DNA from: an uncultured Chloroflexia bacterium
GTDB lineage: Bacteria; Chloroflexota; Chloroflexia; QHBQ01; JADMIH01
Direction of reading: 5' to 3'
NCBI GenBank assembly: GCA_963797095.1
Contig: CAWCNY010000006.1
Span: 704,001-768,000 of the forward strand
Length of the DNA stretch: 64,000 bases
Part shown: positions 27,031 through 37,125 of the stretch, piece by piece
Numbering within the stretch: position 1 is the stretch's first letter
How the letters are laid out: the number at the start of each line of letters is the position of its first letter
Notes under the pieces: model-generated
Told to the model about the DNA's origin: nothing
What the model saw: the letters and a program-made list of their open reading frames with translations, nothing else
The model's database searches: none
Made by a program: the position numbers and the translations under genes

Positions 27031-29226
27031 ATGCCTGAAATTGGAGCGAGACAGCGTAGTCGGAAAGTTGTAGTGTTGGGTGGTGGCCCGGCGGGTTTGT
27101 ATTGTGCGCTTTTGCTCAAGAAGGCGAACCCTGCGTGGGACGTGGAATTGATCGAGCGCAATCCCGCCAATGTGACCTACGGATGGGGTGTTGTCTTTTC
27201 GGATCGCACCCTTTCTTCGTTTCAAAGGGTCGATTATAAGAGCTACACTGCCATTACCGAGCAGTTTGTGGTATGGGATGCCATTGATGTTCGCTATAGA
27301 GGAGAATTGATCTGCTGTGGCGGGCATGTAATCGCGGCGATTGAACGGCGAAAGTTGCTCAACATACTGCAGGAGCGATGCGCAGAGCTTGGGGTTGAGA
27401 TGCGGTTCGGTGTGGATGTCGCGGACCTGTCGCAGGTGCCTGAGTGCGACCTGTTGGTGGCGGCGGACGGTGTGAACAGCATGGTGCGGCGGTCGTTCGA
27501 GGCGGTGTTCAAGCCAAAGACCGAGATGGGTCGGGCCAAATACATCTGGCTTGGAGCCAACAAGGTGTTGGCCGCCTTCAACTTCATCTTCCATGAGACC
27601 GAGCATGGTTTGTTCCAGGTGCATGCCTATCCGTTCAGCGGGACGACCAGCACTTTCATTGTGGAGTGCGCCGAGGACGTGTGGCTGCGGGCGGGGCTGG
27701 ACAAGGCCGATGAAGCCGAGAGTTTGGCGTTCTGCCAGGATCTGCTGGCGGACGACCTGGGTGACGTGCCTCTTCAATCGAACAATTCTAAGTGGATCAG
27801 CTTCGCGACGCTCAAAACCGAAAAGTGGCACACGACACTCCGAAAGCCAAAATCCAAAATCCAAAATAGTATTGTCTTGATGGGCGATGCGGTGCATACT
27901 GCGCACTTCTCGATTGGGTCGGGCACGAAGCTGGCGATGGAGGACGCTATCGCGCTGGCGGAGGCATTGGAGAAGTACGGGGATATCGAAAAGGCGCTGG
28001 ACGCGTACGAGCTAGAGCGCAAGTCCGTTGTTGAGACGTTTCAGCGAGCGGCGCGGGAGAGCCAGGTGTACTTCGAGACACTGAAGCGATATCTTGTGCT
28101 ACCTCCTATGCAGTTTGCGTTTCAACTCCTTACCAGGAGCGGCAGGATCAGCTACGACGACCTCCATTTTCGGGATACGAAGTTTGGCGATGCGGTCGAT
28201 AGGTGTTTCGCTTCGACTGCAACGGAGGCAGCGGTAGGAGGCGGGTTTGCACCCTCGCCCATGTTCGCCCCGCTCACGGTGCGGGATGTCACTATGTCGA
28301 ACCGGCTGGCGGTGGCGGATGCGGTCGCGTCGGAGGGCACTGACGGTACTCCTGCTATGGCGGCTTCGAGAGGACCCTCGCTGAGTGGGTTTGGTCTTGT
28401 TGTAGTCGAAAACTGTGTTGTATCCGAGGATGGGCGTGTGACCCCTTTGGATTGTGGGATGTACAGGGACGAGCATGGGAACGCATGGGCCGAGTATGTG
28501 GAGGCAGTTCACAAGCGGTCGGACGCGAAAGTGGCGTTGCAATTGAATCACGCGGGGCGGCGAGGGGCTACAGAACCGCGCTTGTGGGGCCTTGATAGAC
28601 CGTTGCGCGAAGGTGGATGGGAGTTGGTAGCGGCCTCGGCGGTGCCGTATACGCCGAAGAGCCAGACCCCGAAGGAGATGGATCGCGCTGATACGGAGCT
28701 GGTGCGCGATGACTTCGTGCGGGCGGCTTGCATAGCCGACAGGGCCGGGTTCGATATGCTGCTGTTGCACATGGCCCATGGCTACTTGCTGGCGGGCTTC
28801 TTGTCACCTCTGACCAATCTGCGCGAGGACGAATATGGAGGCGACCTGGATGGTCGGGCGCGCTTTCCATTGGAGGTGTTAGAGGCGGTGCGGCGGGTGT
28901 GGCCTGATGGCAAGCCCCTGGGCGTGTCGCTAAACGCTGAGGACAATATCAAAGGTGGTTTCACTATAAAGGATGCTATTATACTAACGCGGAAACTCAA
29001 AGAGAAGGGGTGCGACCTGGTGCATGTGCTGGCGGGCCAAACCGTGCCCGCAGGGGACCTGCCTTATGGCCGTGGCTTCCTCACGCCATTGAGCGACCGC
29101 ATCCGCAACGAAGCTGGCATCATGACTATGGTCGGCGGATATATGGCGACGAGCAGCGATGCGAACACAGTGCTGGCGGCTGGCCGGGCTGACATATGCG
29201 TAATGTCGGGAGTTGGTAATCGATGA
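27031..29226 (+). CDS. Bifunctional aromatic-acyl-CoA monooxygenase/OYE-type reductase (AbmA / salicylyl-CoA 5-hydroxylase family)
   Basis: GGGPAGLY, GWGVVFSD, AADGVNS and GDA.HTAHFSIGSGTKLAMED; C-terminal AHGYLL..FLSPLTN.R.DEYGG. Confidence 0.88.
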   Translation: MPEIGARQRSRKVVVLGGGPAGLYCALLLKKANPAWDVELIERNPANVTYGWGVVFSDRTLSSFQRVDYKSYTAITEQFVVWDAIDVRYRGELICCGGHVIAAIERRKLLNILQERCAELGVEMRFGVDVADLSQVPECDLLVAADGVNSMVRRSFEAVFKPKTEMGRAKYIWLGANKVLAAFNFIFHETEHGLFQVHAYPFSGTTSTFIVECAEDVWLRAGLDKADEAESLAFCQDLLADDLGDVPLQSNNSKWISFATLKTEKWHTTLRKPKSKIQNSIVLMGDAVHTAHFSIGSGTKLAMEDAIALAEALEKYGDIEKALDAYELERKSVVETFQRAARESQVYFETLKRYLVLPPMQFAFQLLTRSGRISYDDLHFRDTKFGDAVDRCFASTATEAAVGGGFAPSPMFAPLTVRDVTMSNRLAVADAVASEGTDGTPAMAASRGPSLSGFGLVVVENCVVSEDGRVTPLDCGMYRDEHGNAWAEYVEAVHKRSDAKVALQLNHAGRRGATEPRLWGLDRPLREGGWELVAASAVPYTPKSQTPKEMDRADTELVRDDFVRAACIADRAGFDMLLLHMAHGYLLAGFLSPLTNLREDEYGGDLDGRARFPLEVLEAVRRVWPDGKPLGVSLNAEDNIKGGFTIKDAIILTRKLKEKGCDLVHVLAGQTVPAGDLPYGRGFLTPLSDRIRNEAGIMTMVGGYMATSSDANTVLAAGRADICVMSGVGNR

Positions 29227-29267
29227 GCTACGGGCTTACGTGTGCCAATCTATAACTTGGAGATTGC

Positions 29268-29690
29268 GTGAATACACAGTCCAGAGGTGATCTCGTCAGG
29301 ACCACAGGTTTGTATTTACTGACACTTGCGGGGAGTGGGTTAGTGCTGCTATGGTGGTGGGGCATGGGCGGCTTTGCATGGCACCATTTCTTGACGCCTG
29401 CGGAGCAACTTGAGCTACCGGCTGTGATGCCCTATGACGTTGAAGTGCCTTATCCCTGGACGCCCGGATTCGGGCGCGGGTTGATGGCGGTTTTGTTTGT
29501 CGCAATCATTGTATTCGTTGCGGCGAATACGGGGATATTGGCGAGTCGTGTGAAGGGAGTCTCTGTTCACCTTAGTTATCGTACCTGGTCAAAGTGGGCA
29601 TTGGGCGGATGGTTAGTATTATTCTTGCTGTCGTTGTGGGCATGCGCTCTACTCTTCTGGGGAACGACGATGTGGGACGGGACTCGGTAG
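29268..29690 (+). CDS. Hypothetical membrane protein (3 TM)
   Basis: GGAG RBS with GTG start; three hydrophobic segments. Confidence 0.55.
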   Translation: MNTQSRGDLVRTTGLYLLTLAGSGLVLLWWWGMGGFAWHHFLTPAEQLELPAVMPYDVEVPYPWTPGFGRGLMAVLFVAIIVFVAANTGILASRVKGVSVHLSYRTWSKWALGGWLVLFLLSLWACALLFWGTTMWDGTR

Positions 29691-29720
29691 CTTTGGGCCG
29701 AGATTGGATTGTAACTGAAG

Positions 29721-30503
29721 TTGATTCTTGACCTGACAAACAAGAGGGCTGTAGTAACAGGGGCCGGGCGCGGGATCGGGCGGGCTTCGGCGTTGGCTCT
29801 CGCGGGCGCCGGGGCTGATCTTGCGGTTACAGCCCGCACGATGGCTGATCTGGAAAGCCTGGCGCGCGAGATCGAGGCGTTGGGTAGGCGGTGCGTTGTA
29901 CTGGAATGCGACGTTACCGATCCGGAGGCTGTGCAAGCTATGGCCGAGGGCGCGCTCGCGGGGTTAGGTGGAGTCGATACCCTGGTGAATAACGCGGGAC
30001 GCGGGGAGAGCCACCCGTTCAAGGACCATCCAGATGAACTCTGGCACAAGATGATCGCGGTCAACCTGACGAGCGTGTATTACGTGACCAAGGCATTCGC
30101 GCCCTCTTTGATGGCTAACAAGTGGGGCCGGATCATCAATATCGCGTCTACGGCAGCGAAGGCGGGTGAGAAGTATGTGGCCGCCTACACGGCAGCCAAA
30201 CATGGGGTGCTTGGGCTGACGCGGTCGCTGGCGGCTGAGCTTGTTGGGTATGGGATCACGGTGAACGCGATCTGCCCCGGCTTCGTGGACACCCCTATGA
30301 CAGAGGATAGCGTTGCCAACATAGTGCGTCGGACGGGTATGGACGCGGAGCAGGCGAGAAAGCGGCTCGAAAGCGCCAACCCCCAGAAGCGGCTGATCCA
30401 GCCAGATGAGGTGGCGGCTATGGTAGTGTACCTGGCGTCGGATGCGGCAAGCGGTATCAACGGGCAGGCGATCAATATCGATGGGGGAGCAGTAATGAGT
30501 TGA
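29721..30503 (+). CDS. SDR family oxidoreductase (3-hydroxyacyl-CoA dehydrogenase-like, AbmB-like)
   Basis: TGAGRGIG, NNAG, Y..AK and ICPGFVDT motifs. Confidence 0.92.
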   Translation: MILDLTNKRAVVTGAGRGIGRASALALAGAGADLAVTARTMADLESLAREIEALGRRCVVLECDVTDPEAVQAMAEGALAGLGGVDTLVNNAGRGESHPFKDHPDELWHKMIAVNLTSVYYVTKAFAPSLMANKWGRIINIASTAAKAGEKYVAAYTAAKHGVLGLTRSLAAELVGYGITVNAICPGFVDTPMTEDSVANIVRRTGMDAEQARKRLESANPQKRLIQPDEVAAMVVYLASDAASGINGQAINIDGGAVMS

Positions 30504-30549
30504 TGGGTGGTGAGGGCCAATGCGTACTGCGTATTGCTTATTGTTGCTT

Positions 30550-30598
30550 TCGTCACTCGTCACTCGTCACTCGTCACTCGTCACTCGTCACTCGTCAC
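30550..30598. repeat. Heptamer tandem repeat (TCGTCAC)x7
   Basis: Seven perfect units; reverse complement of the GACGAGT family. Confidence 0.97.
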
Positions 30599-30635
30599 GC
30601 ACCGTTCGTCGTTCGTCCAACTCAAGGAGTTTGTT

Positions 30636-31427
30636 GTGGAGCTTGATTTTCGGTTTGAGGTCAATGAGGGGATCGGGACTGTTACCTTCGACAGGCCGGA
30701 GGTTATGAACGCGCTTACTTTCGAGGTTTACGCGCAGTTCCGCGACCTGCTGGAAACGCTCCGGTACGACGAGAGCGTGAAGGTGCTGGTGGTGACGGGG
30801 GCAGGCGAGCAGTTTTGCTCAGGTGGCGATGTGCACGAGATCATCGGAGCGCTCCTTGAGCGCGACGTTAAGGAGCACCTGGCCTTTACACGTATGACGG
30901 GGGCTGTGGTACAGAATATGCGGCTGCTCGACAAGCCGATCATCGCGGCGATCAACGGGATGGCGGCGGGGGCGGGATCGGTGATCGCGTTGGCCTCGGA
31001 CCTGCGGGTGGCCTCCGAGCGGGCGCGGTTCGCGTTTCTGTTCACGCGGGTTGGGCTGGCAGGGGTCGATATGGGGTCGGGCTATCTGTTGCCCAGGCTG
31101 GTGGGCACAGGTCGTGCTGCCGAACTGCTGATGTTCGGCGATACAATCGACTCGGCCACAGCAGACCGCTACGGGCTTGTGAACAAAGTGGTGCCGCACG
31201 ATGAGTTGATGCCGACCGCTCTGGAGTGGGCGCGCAGACTGGCTGGTGGGCCGACGCTTGCGCTCTCGATGACCAAGCGAATGGTGAACAACGAGCTGAA
31301 TATGGACCTGGTGACCGCTCTGGAAGCCGAGGCGCAAGCGCAGGCGTTGATGCTGATGGGAAAGGACCACAAGATCTTCTACGAGGCTTTCAAGAAGAAA
31401 GAGAAACCGAAGTTCGAGGGAAGATAG
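30636..31427 (+). CDS. Enoyl-CoA hydratase/isomerase family protein (AbmC-like)
   Basis: FCSGGD, KPIIAAING.A.GAG and LF.RVGL.G.DMG motifs; AAGGAG RBS before GTG 30636. Confidence 0.9.
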   Translation: MELDFRFEVNEGIGTVTFDRPEVMNALTFEVYAQFRDLLETLRYDESVKVLVVTGAGEQFCSGGDVHEIIGALLERDVKEHLAFTRMTGAVVQNMRLLDKPIIAAINGMAAGAGSVIALASDLRVASERARFAFLFTRVGLAGVDMGSGYLLPRLVGTGRAAELLMFGDTIDSATADRYGLVNKVVPHDELMPTALEWARRLAGGPTLALSMTKRMVNNELNMDLVTALEAEAQAQALMLMGKDHKIFYEAFKKKEKPKFEGR

Positions 31428-31539
31428 GAAGTTCGGAGTACGGAATGATTTTCACCCCGAAGATTCCGCAGAAGTGTTCGAGATTCTTGAGGTTCGTAGG
31501 AGCAGACCCACCTGTTTATTCTGTCTGGAGAAATGACTT

Positions 31540-31962
31540 ATGTTCAATACTATGGGACCTGGTGAAAAGAGGTTAGTCAATCCTTCCAAGTTAGTTAAGC
31601 CTATCGGCTACAGTCATGGGATAGAGGTGACACAGAGACGTTTTGTTTTTCTCGCCGGGCAGATCGCGGTGGACTCCGAAGGAAATCTGATCGCAATGGG
31701 TGATGTCGTGGGGCAATACAGGCAGGTGTTATCCAATCTGCAAGCGGTAGTGGAAGCAGCCGGTGGTTCGATGCTCGACATTGCCAAGCTGACCATTTAT
31801 GTGAAGGACCGGGACGACTACAGGGCACACCTGGAGGAGTTGGGGCGCGTGCACAAGGACTTCTTCGGGTCGTATTACCCCGCGACCGCGCTGGTGGAGA
31901 TCTCGCGCTTCTTCGAGGAAGGTGTGCTTGTGGAGATCGAAGGGATAGCGGTGCTTGCTTAG
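31540..31962 (+). CDS. Rid (YjgF/UK114) family protein lacking the catalytic Arg (AbmF-like)
   Basis: GYSHG, LAGQ, YPATALVE and LVEIEG motifs. Confidence 0.88.
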   Translation: MFNTMGPGEKRLVNPSKLVKPIGYSHGIEVTQRRFVFLAGQIAVDSEGNLIAMGDVVGQYRQVLSNLQAVVEAAGGSMLDIAKLTIYVKDRDDYRAHLEELGRVHKDFFGSYYPATALVEISRFFEEGVLVEIEGIAVLA

Positions 31963-31974
31963 GAGGGCGACAAA

Positions 31975-32553
31975 GTGGTTGATGATTCTGCCGCCTCGAA
32001 TAGAAGGAACCTTATCGCCTGTAAGGACGTTATAGATGGCGAGGAACATGAGCCGAAGTCGTTGAGAGAGGCGGGCACTGAGAAAATCGTGGGCAGGAGA
32101 GTGATTGATTGGTCGGAGAGCCTGGGTAGCTACGGAATGGGCGGGCCGGGATTCTTCGGGTTGAGATTGGCAGCGCAGGGCGAATACCCGGAGGAATGGC
32201 TAGCATTGAGGTTATGGGGCGCTGACAACTGGCTCTTGCTCGACGATCAGTGGGTGGGAGCGCACCCCAACCAGTATGATATTCAGGAGCCTCTCTACAG
32301 CAATTTCGGCGAGGAGGGAAGCTGGGATAGAGTGTCGGAGAAGGTGCGCGGTGCGCTGTTGAATGATGTCAAGATCGAGCGCGACCACTCGCTGATTTTT
32401 CTGACGGTGGACGCTGCGCCGCATAGATTGGAGATCCCCGCCGACACATCCAGGCTACCGCTCTACGGAGGCACGATGCAGCCCCATGTCTGGAACCCCG
32501 ACGAGGACCAGCGGGACGCGTGGATCATCGCGCAAGGCGAGTTGTGGGTCTAA
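31975..32553 (+). CDS. Hypothetical protein
   Basis: AGGAGG RBS with GTG start; fills the gap between operon genes. Confidence 0.6.
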   Translation: MVDDSAASNRRNLIACKDVIDGEEHEPKSLREAGTEKIVGRRVIDWSESLGSYGMGGPGFFGLRLAAQGEYPEEWLALRLWGADNWLLLDDQWVGAHPNQYDIQEPLYSNFGEEGSWDRVSEKVRGALLNDVKIERDHSLIFLTVDAAPHRLEIPADTSRLPLYGGTMQPHVWNPDEDQRDAWIIAQGELWV

Positions 32554-32555
32554 TT

Positions 32556-33786
32556 ATGAATTTTGACCTTACACAAGAGCAACAACGCATCCAAACCCTG
32601 GCGCGCGAGTTCGCGCAGACAGAAGTTGCGCCCGTAGCGCGAGAGGCCGACGAACGCGGGGAGTTCCCTGCCCAGCTGGTGCCGCGCATGGGCGAGTTGG
32701 GCTTCCTGGGCGCGCTGATACCGGGCGAGTATGGCGGATCTGGCCTTGATTATCTTAGCTACGCGCTGATTTGCGAGGAGTTGGGGCGCGTCAATTCGTC
32801 GGTGCGCGGCTTCTTGACCGTACACGCGGGCCTGGTGGCGGGCTGCATCACCGAGTGGGGCACTGAGGAGCAAAAGCACCGCTACTTGCCCAGGCTTGCC
32901 ACAGGCGAGTGGATCGGGTGCTACGCCCTCACCGAGCCGAACGCGGGGTCGGATGCGGCGAGTATCGAGACGACCGCCGCGCAAGTTCCGAGTTCCGAGT
33001 TCCAGGTTCCAAGTTCCAGAGTCAGCTGAGCCAACCGGGAACCAGGAACCAGCAACCGGCAACTCAGATTACACTCTGGAAGGAGAAAAGATCTGGATCA
33101 CCAACGGGGCCAGCGCCAGGCTTGCGATAGTGTTCGCCAGTATTGACAGGAGCCTGCGACACAAAGGGATCTGCGCCTTCCTTGTGGAGACCGACACTCC
33201 CGGGTTCAATAGAGAGGCCATGCCGGGCAAGGAGCTTGGGCACAGGGCCTCGGAGCACGTGCACATCATCATGAAAGGGTGCCGCGTGCCGGGTGATGCC
33301 ATGCTTGGCAGTCCTGGTGAGGGATTCCGGGTGGCGATGTCGGCGCTCGACCGGGGTAGGCTCGGAGTGGCTGCCGGGGCTGTGGGCGTAGCGCAGGCCT
33401 GCCTCGATGCCTCGGTGGCCTATACGCAGGAGAGGTGGCAGTTCGGCCAGCGGATCGCCGATTTCGAGATGGTGCAAGCCAGCCTGGCCGATATGGCCGC
33501 CGATGTTGAGGCCGCGCGGTTGCTCACTTACAAGGCTGCCTGGACCAAAGACAGGGGCTTGCCCGCCACGAAGGCCACCTCCATTGCCAAGCTGTTCGCC
33601 ACCGAGGCGGCGGCTCGCGCGGCGTCGGAGGCGGTGCTGCTGCATGGCAATCGGGGCTATTCAAGCGAGTACCCCGTTGAGCGCCATTACCGCGATATCA
33701 AGGGGTTGCAGATTTACGAGGGCACCAGCCACATCCAGCGAATCATCATCGCGCGAGAGTTGGTTGGGCGGGAGAAGAAGGCTTAG
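32556..33786 (+). CDS. Acyl-CoA dehydrogenase, frameshifted at an internal heptamer-repeat insertion
   Basis: ALTEPNAGSD in one frame; GEKIWITNG, R.QFG and IYEGT in the +1 frame; repeat insert at about 32985-33065. Confidence 0.85.
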
Positions 33787-33819
33787 GGTTCAGCGCAGGG
33801 TTGGGCCGCACTGGAAAGG

Positions 33820-34635
33820 ATGATTCCTGTGATAAAGAACAAGCTTCACATCGCACTGGCCGCTTTGGGCCTGCTGGCGGGCATAGCAGCCACCCTTGTC
33901 TGGGGTGCGCTTGCCTCCAGCGCGCAGCCTGCCACCAACTGCCGCGACTTCGCCGAGACCGGGCACAAGGTGTGCGGCAAGTTCCTCGACTACTGGGACC
34001 AGCACGGCGGCCTCGCCCAGCAGGGTTACCCCATCTCCGACGAGTTCGCGGAGTTGAGCGACCTAAACGGGCAGCCCTACACGGTGCAATACTTCGAGCG
34101 CGCGGTGTTCGAGCTACACCCGGAGAACCAGCCGCCTTATGATGTTCTGCTAACACAGCTAGGCACGTTACGCGCCAGGGAGAAGTACCCGACAGGCTTC
34201 CCATCGGCCCAGGAGGTGCCATTCTACGAGGACCGCACAGGCCCTGTCGAGTTGATCCAGTCGTTCTATAACGCGGTCAACCGCAAGGAGTACCAGCGGG
34301 CTTACAGCTACGTCGAAACTAACACCCTCGCGATCAGCTACGACGACTTCGTGAAGTTCTACGAGCCGATCTCGCTGGTCACCTCCTACCTGGGCACGCC
34401 CAAAGAAGAGGGCGCAGCGGGAAGCACCTACGCCAGCCTACCCTTCGTGGCCGTTGGCACCTACACTGATGCCTCGGTTCGCACCTTCTACGGGTGCTTC
34501 GTGCTGCGACATACCAATCCGGGGATCGACCCCGACCCTAACTCTACGCTATGGCGCATCTACGGCTACGCGATCAACGAAGCCCCGCCCAACCTGCCCA
34601 TCGCCCAGATGCTGTCAAGCGGGTGCAAGGAATAG
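33820..34635 (+). CDS. Secreted protein with a Chloroflexota-type F.ETG...VQYFERA domain
   Basis: Signal peptide; YW..HGGL..QGYP.S.E and VQYFERAVFELHPEN motifs. Confidence 0.8.
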   Translation: MIPVIKNKLHIALAALGLLAGIAATLVWGALASSAQPATNCRDFAETGHKVCGKFLDYWDQHGGLAQQGYPISDEFAELSDLNGQPYTVQYFERAVFELHPENQPPYDVLLTQLGTLRAREKYPTGFPSAQEVPFYEDRTGPVELIQSFYNAVNRKEYQRAYSYVETNTLAISYDDFVKFYEPISLVTSYLGTPKEEGAAGSTYASLPFVAVGTYTDASVRTFYGCFVLRHTNPGIDPDPNSTLWRIYGYAINEAPPNLPIAQMLSSGCKE

Positions 34636-34744
34636 TTCCTGCTTGATAGCTCGTACTGTGTACTGCTTTTCGGAATATCAAGATACGTCACTGAAGGATT
34701 CTGCTGTGCCTTTGGTTGGGCGCGGCAGATGAAAGGAGATCATT

Positions 34745-35554
34745 GTGTTTCGGATTAATCGTTCTATAGTTTTGCCTGTTCTTGGCGCTATGGCGGCGCT
34801 GGGCGGCGTTGGGATGGGGGTTTCTCTGTCCCAAGCTCAGCCTGCATCCAATTGCCGCGCTTTCCCTGAAACGGGGCAGCAGATTTGCGGCAGGTTCCTC
34901 ACCTACTGGGCTCAGCACGGCGGGTTGGCCCAGCAGGGTTATCCGCTCAGCGGCGAGTTTACCGAGGTAAGCGACCTTGACGGCAAACCCTACACGGTGC
35001 AATACTTTGAGCGCGCCGTGTTCGAGCTACACCCGGAGAACCAGCCGCCGTACGATGTGCTGTTGTCGCAGTTGGGCACGTTCAGGGCCAAAGAGAAGTA
35101 CCCCAACGGCTTCCCAAGCAACGGCCAGACCCCGCCACCCTTCTACGAGGACCGCACCGACCCGGCCAACTTCATGCAGTCGTTCTACAACGCGATCAAC
35201 CGCAAGGAGTACCAGCGGGCTTACAGCTATTTCGATACAGGGACCGACAAGCCGTCGTATGACGACTTTGTGGCCGGGTACAGCGATACAGTGAGCGTGA
35301 CCGTCTACATAGGCAAGTATGAGCAGGATGCAGGCGCGGGCAACGTCTACGCAAGCGTGCCGACCGTACTGGTGGCGGCCCACACAGATGGGAGTGTGCA
35401 TACATACGCCGCTTGTTATATACTCCACCATACAAACCCCGGCATAGACCCCGCGCCCGATGCCGCGCTCTGGAAGGTGCAGAAGGGCACCGCCACCGAG
35501 GATACCTCGGGAACGCCCATAGCCGCCTTGCTTGAGAGACCTTGTGGGCCGTAA
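34745..35554 (+). CDS. Tandem paralogue of 33820-34635
   Basis: Same domains; near-identical DNA blocks; AAAGGAG RBS. Confidence 0.8.
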   Translation: MFRINRSIVLPVLGAMAALGGVGMGVSLSQAQPASNCRAFPETGQQICGRFLTYWAQHGGLAQQGYPLSGEFTEVSDLDGKPYTVQYFERAVFELHPENQPPYDVLLSQLGTFRAKEKYPNGFPSNGQTPPPFYEDRTDPANFMQSFYNAINRKEYQRAYSYFDTGTDKPSYDDFVAGYSDTVSVTVYIGKYEQDAGAGNVYASVPTVLVAAHTDGSVHTYAACYILHHTNPGIDPAPDAALWKVQKGTATEDTSGTPIAALLERPCGP

Positions 35555-35573
35555 AGCTACGAAATAAGCAATA

Positions 35574-35644
35574 GGGGCACCCACGCGAAGGTGCCCCGTC
35601 GGCCACAGATCGCGGCTTGCGAACAGGGCACCCGTGTGGGTGCC
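35574..35644. repeat. Two GGCACC...GGTGCC hairpins (terminator or REP-like)
   Basis: GGGGCACC-8-GGTGCCCC and GGCACCC-4-GGGTGCC. Confidence 0.55.
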
Positions 35645-35695
35645 AATACGGGTTTGTGCACTATTTGTCGGAGTGCTTAGTCAGGAGGGAATACA

Positions 35696-37045
35696 ATGCC
35701 GTATTCGGAGTACTGGAACCCTAAGAACGAGACGATGCCGCGTGAGGAGATCGAGCAGCTACAGCTTGTGAAGCTGCGGCGGATGGTAGATTACGCTTAC
35801 GAGCGGGTGCCGTTCCATCGGAAGAGTTGGGACGCGGCAGGGTTCAAGCCTGAGCAGTTGAATTCGCTGGATGATCTGCGCCGCATTCCGTTCATGACCC
35901 GCGAGGAGTGGATGGAGTCGTTGCAGGAGAAGCCCCTCTTTGGCGACCTCCTCTCCACCGACCCGGTGCACGCTACGCGCTACCATCTCACCTCAGGCAC
36001 CACCGGGCGGACGCCTATCCGCGTGCTCGATAGCCTGAAAGACTGGGAGTGGATCGCCGAAATGTGGTGCTATGGGCTGTGGGGTTTCGGGATCAGGCCC
36101 GAAGACATAGTCTACTTTGCCTTCGGCTACGGTTCGTTCATAGGCTTCTGGGGCGCGCACATGGCCTGCGAGAAGATGGGCGCGCTCGTCATCCCCGGCG
36201 GCGCGCAAACCACCGAGGCCCGCATCAAGCAGATCGTTGAGCTAGGCGTGACCACCGTTTGCTCCACCCCCACCTACGCACTGAACATGTGGGCCAAGGC
36301 GCGGGAGATGGGCATCGACCTCGCAAAAGAGAGCAAGGTCGACAAGCTGATCGCGTCGGGCGAGCCTGCCGGCTCCATCCCTGCCGCCAAGCGCCAGCTT
36401 GAGCAAGCCTGGGGCGCGAAGTGCGGTGACACCGCTGGTATGACCGAGCTTGGCACGATCATGATCTTCGAGTGCTCGCACCAACCCGGCGGCACCCACA
36501 TCATCGAGGACCACTATATAGAGGAAGTGATCAACCCCGAAACGGGCGAGCCTGTCGGCTACGGCGAATTGGGCGAGCGCGTGGTCACCTCCTTCGGTCG
36601 CGGCTTCATCCCGGTAGTACGCTACCGCACCAAGGACATGGTGATGAAGGTGCCCGCATCTACGTGCACCTGCGGCAGGACCTGGGATATCTACGACGGC
36701 GGCATCCGTGGTCGCTGGGACGATATGAAGTTGATCCGTGGCACCAACGTCTACCCACGCGCCGTGGAGTCCATCGTTCGCGAGTACGAAGCGATAGAGG
36801 AGTTCCAGATCTACGTCTGGCGCAAAGACGACCTCCAGGACGAGATCAGTGTGAAGGTAGAGATCAAGCCCGGCCACGAGGACGCGTGGCACAACCTGCA
36901 CCGGGCTATGGTCAAAGACCTGGCGCAGGCGCACGAAGGTTTGCGCTTCAACGTCGACCGCGTCGAGCACGGCACCCTCCCCAGGTTCGAGCTAAAGGCC
37001 AAGCGGCTGGTAGATGCGCGGCCAGTAGCAAGATACGACGAGTGA
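35696..37045 (+). CDS. Phenylacetate--CoA ligase (PaaK) family protein
   Basis: TSGTTG, GEP, GMTELG, RYRT.D and GR.DDM..IRG.NVYP motifs. Confidence 0.9.
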   Translation: MPYSEYWNPKNETMPREEIEQLQLVKLRRMVDYAYERVPFHRKSWDAAGFKPEQLNSLDDLRRIPFMTREEWMESLQEKPLFGDLLSTDPVHATRYHLTSGTTGRTPIRVLDSLKDWEWIAEMWCYGLWGFGIRPEDIVYFAFGYGSFIGFWGAHMACEKMGALVIPGGAQTTEARIKQIVELGVTTVCSTPTYALNMWAKAREMGIDLAKESKVDKLIASGEPAGSIPAAKRQLEQAWGAKCGDTAGMTELGTIMIFECSHQPGGTHIIEDHYIEEVINPETGEPVGYGELGERVVTSFGRGFIPVVRYRTKDMVMKVPASTCTCGRTWDIYDGGIRGRWDDMKLIRGTNVYPRAVESIVREYEAIEEFQIYVWRKDDLQDEISVKVEIKPGHEDAWHNLHRAMVKDLAQAHEGLRFNVDRVEHGTLPRFELKAKRLVDARPVARYDE

Positions 37046-37104
37046 TGAGTGACAAGCTTTCCGACTACCGACTACCGACTACCGACTACCGACTACCGAC
37101 TACC
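37037..37104. repeat. GACGAGT-type units plus (CCGACTA)x6
   Basis: Six perfect units at 37061-37102; GACGAGT GATGAGT overlaps the ligase stop codon. Confidence 0.95.
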
Positions 37105-37125
37105 ATCCGATTCGAAGGATGACCT

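Noticed and set aside
30507-30635. N-terminal VTRHSSL extension of the enoyl-CoA hydratase
   Set aside because: It is translated heptamer repeat; AAGGAG precedes GTG 30636, the likelier start.
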